This document shows, piece after piece, positions 1 through 8,710 of a stretch of DNA of 64,000 nucleotides; the stretch's first letter is position 1; each line of letters begins with the position of its first letter. The notes below the pieces were generated by a model, which was not told the origin of the DNA, did not search any database, and worked only from the letters and a program-made list of their open reading frames with translations. Both the position numbers and the translations under genes were made by a program. Origin of the DNA: Candidatus Latescibacterota bacterium (GTDB taxonomy: Bacteria > Latescibacterota > UBA2968 > UBA8231). The stretch covers positions 3,936,001 to 4,000,000 of the forward strand of contig CBDCDC010000002.1 of NCBI GenBank assembly GCA_965215195.1, written 5' to 3'.

Positions 1-1637
1 CCGTTGTCGTCGGGGATGGCGATGTGCTCTTTGTCGAGGTTAAAGAGGGCGAGGTTGGCGGTGAGGTTGCCGTTGAGCAGCGCGGCTTTGGCACCGATTT
101 CGTATTGGGTGCTTTCCTCGGCGTCGCGGTCGCCCACGACTTGGGCGGAAGGCGCGGCAAAGGCGCGGCCCGCATTGGCGTAGAGCGAAAGGGCTTGGGT
201 GGGGGAGAAGACCGCGCCGAGCATTGGGCTTAGCTGCCGGTAATCGCGCTTGGTGGCGGTGAGCTGGTCCTCGTAGCCGATCCGGTCGAAGCGGCCCCCG
301 AGCAGTAGCTCAAAGTGCGGGCTGACGATTATGCGGTCGATAAAGTAGGGTGCCAGCGATTGCGCGGCGGTCTGACCGGCCGTCGCTTGGTCGGGGAGGG
401 GAACCACGAGGGAATCGGTCCCGGCTTCGGCCGGCATGAAGGGGGCCAAACTAGGCGGCAGCATCGCGTCGAGGGTGAACAGATCAACTAGCGAAAGCAA
501 GGCCACGTCGAGAGTGAAGTCGTCCGCGTGGTGGGCGATCTCAAAGCCAAAGAGGAGCTGATGCTCAGTACCGCTAATTTGCAGTTTTAGCAAGCCTTCG
601 AGTTGGTTGCCGACGATCCTTTGCTGGTCGTCGAGGTCGAGCAAGGTGCGGGCGAGGTCCAGCGAGCCGGCCGCGTTGGGAAAGGCCCCGTTGAAGAGGG
701 TGCCCTGCGAGGGCCAGTTGAGGCGGGTGTAGTAGAGTTTGTCGCGCAAAGTGAAATTGGGCGCTAAATGCCATTCACAATCGGCGCGCAAGCGCAGGAT
801 GGTCTGTGCGGAAAGGTCGAAGGGCGACTGATATGAGCGGGTGCGCGGCACATCGGCCAGGGCACCCTCGACGATGGGCAGACCCGAGTCGGGTTGGTGT
901 TCGCTCGTCAAGTACTCAAAGTCGAGGTGCAGGGTTGAGCGCTCGCCGAAGTTCAGCCGCAGCATTGGGTTTACGGCGAGGATCGAGCTGTTTTTGTCGT
1001 CGCGGTAGCTTTCCGCATCCTGCCACAGCGCATTGAGGCGCAAGGCGAGGCCCGCGTCGGGCAAGGCGCGACCCGCGTCGAGGGTGGTTCGGTAGGTGGA
1101 AAAGCTCCCCAAGGAGGCGTTGACGCGGGCGAAGTTGCCCACCGAGAGCGGCCGTTTGCGGACGAGGTTGATGGTGCCCGACAGGGGGTTGCCGCCGTAG
1201 AGGAAGGCCCCGGGCCCTTTGAGGGCTTCGACGCGGTCGACATTGTAGAGCTGGTAGAAAGTAGCTTCGGGTTCAGGGGCACCGCTGGAGAGCACCAAGC
1301 CGTTGGCGAGCGAGTCGAAGCCGCGCAGGTAGAACAGGTCGTGGACGCCGAAGTTGGTGTGGACGCCGACGCCGCTGACATTGGCCAGCGCATCGCTGAG
1401 GGTCGCGCCGTCTTGAGTCTCGATCAGGGCTTGGGGGACGATCCCGACGCTCAAGGGGGTCTTGTGCAGGGGCAGGGGCATTTTGCTGGCGATGGCATGG
1501 GCGCGGGGGATGGTTAGGCGAGAGCCGGTGACAACGGTCTCGCCGACGACGTGGAGTGAGTCGGCGGCACTCTGGGCATGGGCGCGGGGGGTCGTCAGGA
1601 CCAAGGCAAAAATTAGCAGCGCACCACATTTCCTCAT
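1..1637 (-). CDS. TonB-dependent receptor (siderophore-receptor type), 3' end beyond the left edge
   Basis: Manual translation from ATG 1637: signal peptide MRKCGALLIFALVL, TonB-box-like ETVVTGSR, plug motifs LSDALANVSG, FYLRGF, NVDRVEALKGPGAFLYG and GTINLVRKRP. The frame still reads in register at the window edge. It is absent from the ORF track because no stop lies in the window. Confidence 0.9.
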   Translation of the reverse strand, partial: MRKCGALLIFALVLTTPRAHAQSAADSLHVVGETVVTGSRLTIPRAHAIASKMPLPLHKTPLSVGIVPQALIETQDGATLSDALANVSGVGVHTNFGVHDLFYLRGFDSLANGLVLSSGAPEPEATFYQLYNVDRVEALKGPGAFLYGGNPLSGTINLVRKRPLSVGNFARVNASLGSFSTYRTTLDAGRALPDAGLALRLNALWQDAESYRDDKNSSILAVNPMLRLNFGERSTLHLDFEYLTSEHQPDSGLPIVEGALADVPRTRSYQSPFDLSAQTILRLRADCEWHLAPNFTLRDKLYYTRLNWPSQGTLFNGAFPNAAGSLDLARTLLDLDDQQRIVGNQLEGLLKLQISGTEHQLLFGFEIAHHADDFTLDVALLSLVDLFTLDAMLPPSLAPFMPAEAGTDSLVVPLPDQATAGQTAAQSLAPYFIDRIIVSPHFELLLGGRFDRIGYEDQLTATKRDYRQLSPMLGAVFSPTQALSLYANAGRAFAAPSAQVVGDRDAEESTQYEIGAKAALLNGNLTANLALFNLDKEHIAIPDDN

Positions 1638-2875
1638 TGGGCCGCGCTCTCCACGTTTATACAGACGATTTCGCTCTCGTCGCGGAGGTAGAGCCGGCCG
1701 TCGGCCAGCGCAGGGGCCGTCCAGCACTTGCTGCGAAAGACCCGAGTGTTGGCCTTTTCGACGAAGCCTTCGGGCGTGGCCTCGGCTACGCCGAGATTGC
1801 CGCGTTCGCCCAAGATGACGAGGTGCCCGTCGGCGACGATTAGGGTCCCCTTGCCGTAGCCGCGGGTCTTCCACGTTTCCGCGCCGGTCTCGGCGTCGAG
1901 GCACTTGAGGATCGAGCCGTCGAAACCGTAGAGGTGGCCCTCGTAGTAGATGGAGGTGGCAAAGTGGTTTTTCATGTTCTTGTTGCGCCAGACCTCCGCC
2001 ACCTGATAGCGGCCGTCTGTGGCGGCGACCTCCACCACGGTGCCGCCGGTGCCGTAGCCAGAGGAGATAAAGAAGCGGTTGGGTGGGATGAAGACCGGGG
2101 TGGCGGCGTTGACGTCGTGGCTGGTCGTCCAAGGGTGTTTCCACAGCACCCGGCCGCGTTGCGGCGCGACCGAGATTAGGCCGTAACCGGTGAAAAACAC
2201 TGCTTGGCGCGTTTGGCCGATGGTAGCGGCGATGGGAGAGGAGTAGCCCGGATTGTCGCTGCCGGTGGTCCAAGTGACCTCGCCGCTAACTTTGTCAAAG
2301 GCCATCAGCGAACGGCCACCCTTGCCGCCGGCTTCGATTAGGACTAAGTCCCCTGCGACCAGCGGCGATGGGCAAAAGCCCCAGCGGGGCCTCTGGCTGC
2401 CAAATTCGCGGACTAGGTCGCGGCGCCATTGTTGGGAGCCGGTCTGGCTGTCGAGCGCGTGGAGTTTGCCTTGGGCGCTAAAGACATAGACCGTCCCGCC
2501 GTCAACAGTGGGAGTGGCGCGCGGACCGTCGCCGCCCTGCCGTTCCACTAACCTATCGTCGGTGCGGGTGCGCCACAGCACTTCGCCATTGCGGGCGTTG
2601 AGGCAGACTGCGTATTCCTCCCCGCTGTGGATGTACATCGTATAGATGCGATCGCCGACTATGGACAGGCCGGAAAAGCCCTTCCCGGCTTGGACGCGCC
2701 AAGCCTCTCTGAAAGACGGCATCTCGCCGAACAGGCCCGTCTCGGGCGAGATCCCATTGCGGTCGGGGCCGAGCCATTGCGGCCAGCCTGTTGATTGCCA
2801 GCGCGACCAGTCTTGGGCCAAGGCCGGAAAGGCGCATAAGACGAGGGCGAATAGGGCGTTGTACGCGGTGCTCAT
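1634..2875 (-). CDS. Secreted PQQ-like/BamB-like beta-propeller protein
   Basis: Start re-called at MSTAYNALF (ATGA overlap with the upstream gene). Signal peptide, WPQWLGPDRNG motif, repeated xDxxTGxxxW blades. Confidence 0.85.
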   Translation of the reverse strand: MSTAYNALFALVLCAFPALAQDWSRWQSTGWPQWLGPDRNGISPETGLFGEMPSFREAWRVQAGKGFSGLSIVGDRIYTMYIHSGEEYAVCLNARNGEVLWRTRTDDRLVERQGGDGPRATPTVDGGTVYVFSAQGKLHALDSQTGSQQWRRDLVREFGSQRPRWGFCPSPLVAGDLVLIEAGGKGGRSLMAFDKVSGEVTWTTGSDNPGYSSPIAATIGQTRQAVFFTGYGLISVAPQRGRVLWKHPWTTSHDVNAATPVFIPPNRFFISSGYGTGGTVVEVAATDGRYQVAEVWRNKNMKNHFATSIYYEGHLYGFDGSILKCLDAETGAETWKTRGYGKGTLIVADGHLVILGERGNLGVAEATPEGFVEKANTRVFRSKCWTAPALADGRLYLRDESEIVCINVESAAQ

Positions 2876-4125
2876 TGGGCCGCTCCTTGTACATTGAGGC
2901 AGACGATTTCGCTTTCGTCGCGGACGTAGAGCCGGCCATCGGCCAGCGAGGGCATCGTCCAGCAACGGCCGTTGAGGACTTGGGCCTTGCTCTTTTCGCG
3001 AAAGCCGGCGGGCGTGGCTTCGACTAGCCCGAGTTGGCCCTCTTCGCCGAGGACGATGAGCTGGCTGTCGGCCACGATCAGGGTGCCCTTGCCGTAGCCG
3101 CGGGTCTTCCATTTTTCTTGGCCGGTGTGGGCGTCGAGGCACTTGAGAATTGCATTGTCAAAGCCGTAGAGGTGGTCCTCGTAGAGGACCGAGGTGCCGA
3201 AGTGGTTTTTCATCTTTTTGTTTTGCCAGACCGGCTCAATGGCGAGGCTGTCGCTGTCGCTCTTGATTTGCAAGACTGCGCCGCCGTTGTCGTCGCCGGT
3301 AGAGATAAAAAGCCGGTTGGGTGGGATGAAAATTGGGGTCGCCGCGCTGACGTCGTAGCGGGTCTTATAGGGGTAGCGCCAGTAAACGCGGCCGTCTTCC
3401 GGCGCTAGGCCGGTGAGCGAATAGGCCGTGAAATAGGCGAGTTGGCGCGCGCCGGCCGCGGTAAAGGCAATGGGCGACGAATAGCTCATCTTTTCGTTGA
3501 GAGCGGTCCAAGCGGTTGCGCCGGTGGCTTTGTCGAGGGCCACGGCCGTGACCGCGGTTTTGCGGTCGATGACCATATCGACGACGAAGTTGCCGTCGCG
3601 GCCGCCGGCTTCGACCAGCAGCAGATCGCCCTCAATCAGCGGGGAGGTACTAAACCCCCACTTGGGCACTTCGCTGTCAAACTCGGCGACCAAGTCCTTT
3701 TCCCAGATCGGCGCACCGCTCGCGGCGGCGAGCGCAAAGAGCTTGCCAGTGGCGCCGAGCACATAGACGATCTCGCCTTCGACCGTGGGCGTTGAGCGCG
3801 GGCCGTCGCCGCCTTGGGTCTCCTTGTAGTAAGGGCCGGTGCGATGACGCCAGCGTTCTGCGCCGGTCTCGGCGTCGAGGCATATTGCGAATTCGTCGTC
3901 GCCTTGGGCGAACATGGTGAAGACCCGGCCGTTGGCTATGGAGATGCCGGAGAAGCCATTGCCGAGCCGGGTGCGCCACTGGACGGCGGGGCCGTCGGCC
4001 GACCAGCTTTGCAGCAGGCCCGTTTCGCTGGAGATGCCGTCGCGCTGGGGGCCGCGCCACTGGGGCCAGTCGGCCGCCTGTGCAGCAGCGGTTAAGAGCA
4101 GCAGCAGTGGGATCGCGTTTTTCAA
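2872..4125 (-). CDS. Secreted PQQ-like/BamB-like beta-propeller protein, paralogue of its neighbour
   Basis: Signal peptide, DWPQWRGPQRDG motif, LDAETGAERW blades, GGAGG RBS before the TTG start. Confidence 0.85.
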   Translation of the reverse strand: MKNAIPLLLLLTAAAQAADWPQWRGPQRDGISSETGLLQSWSADGPAVQWRTRLGNGFSGISIANGRVFTMFAQGDDEFAICLDAETGAERWRHRTGPYYKETQGGDGPRSTPTVEGEIVYVLGATGKLFALAAASGAPIWEKDLVAEFDSEVPKWGFSTSPLIEGDLLLVEAGGRDGNFVVDMVIDRKTAVTAVALDKATGATAWTALNEKMSYSSPIAFTAAGARQLAYFTAYSLTGLAPEDGRVYWRYPYKTRYDVSAATPIFIPPNRLFISTGDDNGGAVLQIKSDSDSLAIEPVWQNKKMKNHFGTSVLYEDHLYGFDNAILKCLDAHTGQEKWKTRGYGKGTLIVADSQLIVLGEEGQLGLVEATPAGFREKSKAQVLNGRCWTMPSLADGRLYVRDESEIVCLNVQGAAQ

Positions 4126-4138
4126 TGGGACCTCCTAC

Positions 4139-5476
4139 TTAGGTATAGCGTGCGTTGCGGTATTGGGTTTGGTAAAAGTCGGGCAAGAGCTGATCGACGC
4201 GCATGAGGCCCTCGTCGGTCAATGCAACCGAGTCCGCGTCGAATTGGAGCATACCCTCGTCGCGCAGGCCGCTGAGCGCAGTGGCAAAGTGGGCGGTGAT
4301 ATCGACCCCGAATTTGGCGCGAAAATACGCGGTGTCTAGCGCGCCCAATTTGAGCTGTAGAATCACCTCGCGGGTGAGCTGCTCCTCGCGGTTGGTGGCG
4401 AAGGCGCGGTGGATGGGCAGGTCGCCGCGGTCGCTGGCGGCGAGGTACTCATCCCAATTCGGCGCGTTCTGATAGTGGATGCCGCTCAGGTGCGAGAAGG
4501 AGGCAACGCCGGTGCCGATCATGTCTTGGCCGGTCCACACGGCGTCGCGGTAGGCGAAGCGGCCGTCGGGCGTTTTCTTCATGGTATAGGCACTCGAACG
4601 CACGTATCCGGCCGCGGCTAACTGCTCGAAGGCATAGGCGTGATAGGCGCGCTTGGTCTTCCAGTCGGCCAAGGCCAGCGGCTCGCCGTCGCCAGCGAGC
4701 AGGTCCTTGGAGTAGAGCGTGTTGTAGGGCAGCTCCATCTGATAGACGGTGACGCTGTCCGGGCCGAGTGCGATGGTCTTTTGCACGGTCTGACGCCAGC
4801 TTGGCCACGCCTCGCCGACCATGCCAGCGATCAGATCGACGTTGACCTGAGCGAAGTCGAGCGCGTGGATCCAAGGCATGACTTGGTAGATTTCCTTGCT
4901 GACGTGGGCGCGGCCATTGTGGCGCAGAATCTCGTCGTCGAGGTTTTCTATCCCTAGGCTGAGGCGGGTGACGCCAATGGCGCGGATGGCTTCTAATTTG
5001 GCTTGGGTCAAGGTCCCAGGCTCGCACTCAAAGGCGATTTCGTCGGCGCGGTCCCAAGGCATGGCGTCCTTGAGGCGCTGGACTAAGGAGCGCAGGTGGC
5101 GCGAACTGATGTAGGAAGGGGTGCCGCCGCCAAAGTAGATGAAGTGCAGCGGCCGGTCTTTGACGGCCGGCTGCTGGGCGTAGTGTTCCACCTCGCGGGC
5201 GAGGGCGTCGAGATAGGTCTGGATCTGCTGGCTGTTTTTGTCCGTGTAAACGCGGAAGTAGCAGAACTTGCAGCGCTTGCGGCAGAAGGGGATGTGGAGG
5301 TAGAGGCCGAGCTTGGTGTCGGGTCGCGGCGGGTCGGCGAGTGCGCGGTGTGCCCGCGGCACGTCCTCTTCGCCCCAGAATGAATAGGCCGGATAGTTGG
5401 AGACAAAGACGCTGCCGACCTCGGTTTCGGTGCGGGCGGCGCGGGTGGTGGCCGGATCGCTGCCGATTAGACTCAT
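4139..5476 (-). CDS. HemN-like (class C) radical SAM enzyme
   Basis: LYLHIPFCRKRCKFCYF (CxxxCxxC), YFGGGTPS, RLSLGIE, HemN C-terminal domain. Start MSLIGS has an ATGA overlap. Confidence 0.9.
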   Translation of the reverse strand: MSLIGSDPATTRAARTETEVGSVFVSNYPAYSFWGEEDVPRAHRALADPPRPDTKLGLYLHIPFCRKRCKFCYFRVYTDKNSQQIQTYLDALAREVEHYAQQPAVKDRPLHFIYFGGGTPSYISSRHLRSLVQRLKDAMPWDRADEIAFECEPGTLTQAKLEAIRAIGVTRLSLGIENLDDEILRHNGRAHVSKEIYQVMPWIHALDFAQVNVDLIAGMVGEAWPSWRQTVQKTIALGPDSVTVYQMELPYNTLYSKDLLAGDGEPLALADWKTKRAYHAYAFEQLAAAGYVRSSAYTMKKTPDGRFAYRDAVWTGQDMIGTGVASFSHLSGIHYQNAPNWDEYLAASDRGDLPIHRAFATNREEQLTREVILQLKLGALDTAYFRAKFGVDITAHFATALSGLRDEGMLQFDADSVALTDEGLMRVDQLLPDFYQTQYRNARYT

Positions 5477-6609
5477 GGTTTGACTTCTTTCCCGAAACAA
5501 TACAGGACGCCGTCGGTGGTGCCGATGACGAGCCGGTCGCCGGCAATGGCCGGCGAAGCCGTGATGGCCGCGCCCGTTTCAAAGCGCCAGACCTCTGCGC
5601 CCGATGCGAGCGCGAGCGCGATGAGCGCACGGGCCCCTACGTAAATGTACTCGCCGGCAATGATCGGCGAGGAATCCACTCGCGCACCCGCGGCAAAGGT
5701 CCACAAGGGTTGGCCGGTTTGCGGGTCGAGAGCGTGTACGAGCTTGTCCCGGCCGCCGATGACGACTGCTTGGTCGGCAACGGCCGGCGACGAGTAAAAC
5801 GGGAACTTCCGCACCGCGTGGGCGTAGCGCCAGCGGATTTTTCCCGCGCCTAAATCGACGCCTAGTACTTCGTTGCCAAAGGTGCCTAGGTACGCGTGTC
5901 CCGCGTGGATGGCAGCGCTAGAGGCCACGTACCCGCCTAGCGCGAGCTGCTGGTGCTGTGTGCCGTCGGCGAGGTCCAAAAGCCGCAAGTATCCATCGCA
6001 ACCGGCCACGGCCACGCGATTTTCGTACAGGGCCGGCGTACTGTGAATATACCCGTCTGTGGCGATTTTCCAAATCAGGGTTCCGGCGGTTGCGTCGAGG
6101 CAGTACAGGTGCTGGTCATAGCTGCCGAAGTAAAGGCGGCTGCCGGTGTGGTTGGCCGCGGAGATAATGCCAGCGGCGGCGGCGAAAGTCCAGCGGCGCT
6201 GACCGCTGTGGATAGCGACGGCGTGGAAGGTGCCGGCCTCGTCGCCAAAGTAAACGGTGCTGTCGGCAACGGTGGGGGAGGATTTGATTTCGCCGTCGGC
6301 TTGGTACTGCCATGCTAGCGCGCCAGTGCGCAAGTCGAGTGCATAGAGCTGGCCATCGAGCGAGCCAATGTACACCGTGCCTGCGCGAATGGCGGCCGTG
6401 GATTCGATGGCGTCTTGGGTGGGGTAGGCCCAAAGCAGCGTTAGGGGCGGGGCGAGGTGGGAGGTGGCGACGCCGGTGAGTTGGGGGTTGCCGCGGAAGG
6501 TGTTCCAAGTGTCGGCGGCGGCGGTGGTGAACAGGAGGAGGGGTAGGATGTTGACCCAATACACCGTTTTCGACTTGACCGAGGGCGAACTGCCCGATAC
6601 TTTGCTCAT
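5473..6609 (-). CDS. PQQ-like/BamB-like beta-propeller protein
   Basis: WNTFRGNPQLTG motif and repeated SSPxV...VYxGSxDGxLYALD blades. Confidence 0.85.
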   Translation of the reverse strand: MSKVSGSSPSVKSKTVYWVNILPLLLFTTAAADTWNTFRGNPQLTGVATSHLAPPLTLLWAYPTQDAIESTAAIRAGTVYIGSLDGQLYALDLRTGALAWQYQADGEIKSSPTVADSTVYFGDEAGTFHAVAIHSGQRRWTFAAAAGIISAANHTGSRLYFGSYDQHLYCLDATAGTLIWKIATDGYIHSTPALYENRVAVAGCDGYLRLLDLADGTQHQQLALGGYVASSAAIHAGHAYLGTFGNEVLGVDLGAGKIRWRYAHAVRKFPFYSSPAVADQAVVIGGRDKLVHALDPQTGQPLWTFAAGARVDSSPIIAGEYIYVGARALIALALASGAEVWRFETGAAITASPAIAGDRLVIGTTDGVLYCFGKEVKP

Positions 6610-6791
6610 CACAGGCTCTTGGGGAAGAAGGGTACGGGTTGCTTGCCGGAAATCACCAACCAATCTAACTGGAAGAGCCTGCCCCATTGCAAGACCCTAA
6701 AGGCTCTTCCATCCACCAACGCCGCAGGTAACGCTAGCTTTTATCCGCCGTTGTGTTCAAAATGGTAGGATAGTCTGGACGCATCACGTGA

Positions 6792-7676
6792 ATGAACTCT
6801 TTCCGCAACAGCTGCCTACGCGACCATCAAATACCTTTGAGCACGGTGTGGCTGCTCAACGACATCGCCGAGTCGCGGGGAAAACAGGACCTATTCACAC
6901 GCCAGTCGCCACAAGCCCTCAAAGCACTCCGCGACACGGCTGTCATCCAGAGTGCTGAATCCTCCAACCGCATTGAGGGTGTGACGGTCGCCCAAGCCCG
7001 TCTTTACCCGCTGGTGCTCGGCCAAGCGAAACCCCGGGACCGCTCCGAGCAGGAGGTTCAAGACTATCGCCGCGCCTTGAACGAGATTCACGCCGGCTAC
7101 GCCGCGCTTTCCATCGCGCCGGACACCCTGCAACGCCTACATGCCCTTTGCCAATCCGCCAGCGGCGACGCGGGCCAATTCAAACGAGTCGATAACGACA
7201 TCGTGGAATTTCCGCCCGGACAGGCCCCGGTGGTCCGGTTCCGCTGCGTGAAGGCTACGGCGACTCCGGCCGCGGTAGAAGAACTTTGCCGGCATTACCA
7301 GTACGCCCTCAACGAGGAGAATATCCCGCCGCTCATCGCCATCGCCGCCCTCGTCCTAGATTTTCTTTGCATTCACCCTTTTCGGGACGGCAACGGCCGC
7401 GTGTCCCGGCTGCTCACCCTGTTGGTGCTCTACCAGCACGGCTACGAGATTGGTCGCTACATCAGCTTGGAACGCCTCATTGAAGAATCCCGCGAGTCCT
7501 ACTACGAATGCCTCCGGCTCAGTTCCCACGGCTGGCACGACGGCAAACGCGAAATGACGCCTTGGTTCAACTTCCTCTTCGCGATTATCCGCCGCGCTTA
7601 CATCGAGTTGGAGGAACGCGCCGGTCAGATCAAGGCCCCACGAGGCGCCAAGTCCGAGCGCGAACAGCATCCATGA
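6792..7676 (+). CDS. Fic family protein, probably lacking its C-terminal HTH
   Basis: HPFRDGNGRVSR Fic motif and SNRIEG. The ORF ends shortly after RGAKSE and overlaps the rfbB start. Confidence 0.88.
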   Translation: MNSFRNSCLRDHQIPLSTVWLLNDIAESRGKQDLFTRQSPQALKALRDTAVIQSAESSNRIEGVTVAQARLYPLVLGQAKPRDRSEQEVQDYRRALNEIHAGYAALSIAPDTLQRLHALCQSASGDAGQFKRVDNDIVEFPPGQAPVVRFRCVKATATPAAVEELCRHYQYALNEENIPPLIAIAALVLDFLCIHPFRDGNGRVSRLLTLLVLYQHGYEIGRYISLERLIEESRESYYECLRLSSHGWHDGKREMTPWFNFLFAIIRRAYIELEERAGQIKAPRGAKSEREQHP

Positions 7677-8683
7677 CCACCCTGTTCGTCACTGGCGGTG
7701 CCGGCTTCATCGGCTCCAATTTCATTCGCTACTGGCTATCGACCTACCCCGACGACCGCATTGTCAACTACGACCTGCTCACCTACGCCGGCAATCTGGC
7801 CAGCCTGCAGGACGTGGAAGCAAGCTACGGCGACCGCTACACTTTTGTGCGCGGCGACATTCAGAATGCCGATCTGACCCGGCACCTCTTCGAGGTCCAC
7901 CGCCCCGACTACGCGGTCAACTTTGCCGCGGAATCGCACAACAGCTTGGCCATTGTCAATCCCTCGGCCTTTTTCCAGACCAATGTCGTGGGTACGCAAA
8001 AGCTGTTGCAGGCTGCGGCCGATGCCCAAGTGCCGCGCTTCCACCACATTTCCACCTGCGAAGTGTACGGCGATCTGGCCCTCGACGCGGACGATTCTTT
8101 CACCGAGGAATCGCCCTACCGGCCGCGCACCCCGTACAACGCAGCCAAGGCCGCGGCCGACCTAGCCGTGCGCGCCTATGGCCACACCTTTGGCCTGCCC
8201 GTGACGCTGTCGAATTGCGCCAACAACTTCGGTCCCTATCAATTCCCGGAGAAAGTCATCCCCTTCTTCGTCGTCCGCCTGCTCACCGGCCAGAAGATGC
8301 CGCTGTACAAATCGAGCCAGAACCGCCGCGAGTGGCTCCACGTCGATGACCACTGCCGGGCCATCGACCTAGTGCTAAAAAAAGGCGAGATTGGCCAGAC
8401 GTACAACGTTGGCAGCGGCATTGAAAAGGATGTCGAAACCATCGCCGACCTCATTCTCGACGCCTTGGGGCTGGACGCCGCGCACAAAACCTACGTCGAT
8501 GACCGGCCCGGTCACGATCGCCGCTACCTGCTCAATTCGAGCAAAATCCGCACCCAACTAGGTTGGGAACCGCAGGTCGATTTTGCCCACAGCTTCCGCC
8601 AGACAGTCCACTGGTATCGCGACAACGAAGCTTGGTGGCGTCCCCTGCTAAAGAAAATCCAAGTCCGCGAAGAGGGCTGGTAG
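7673..8683 (+). CDS. rfbB: dTDP-glucose 4,6-dehydratase
   Basis: VTGGAGFIGSNF, LTYAGN, FAAESH, YNAAK, NNFGPYQFPEK, DRPGHDRRY. Confidence 0.93.
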   Translation: MTTLFVTGGAGFIGSNFIRYWLSTYPDDRIVNYDLLTYAGNLASLQDVEASYGDRYTFVRGDIQNADLTRHLFEVHRPDYAVNFAAESHNSLAIVNPSAFFQTNVVGTQKLLQAAADAQVPRFHHISTCEVYGDLALDADDSFTEESPYRPRTPYNAAKAAADLAVRAYGHTFGLPVTLSNCANNFGPYQFPEKVIPFFVVRLLTGQKMPLYKSSQNRREWLHVDDHCRAIDLVLKKGEIGQTYNVGSGIEKDVETIADLILDALGLDAAHKTYVDDRPGHDRRYLLNSSKIRTQLGWEPQVDFAHSFRQTVHWYRDNEAWWRPLLKKIQVREEGW

Positions 8684-8710
8684 GACTGAACCAGAAGATA
8701 ACGAGGCAGC

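Noticed and set aside
1-1637. Apparent gene-free or pseudogene region in the ORF track
   Set aside because: The minus-strand frame from 1637 is in register at both ends and is missed only because its stop lies outside the window.
6610-6791. Cobalamin or TPP riboswitch upstream of the TonB operon
   Set aside because: No B12-box or TPP consensus elements are recognisable; only the alternative hairpins are supported.
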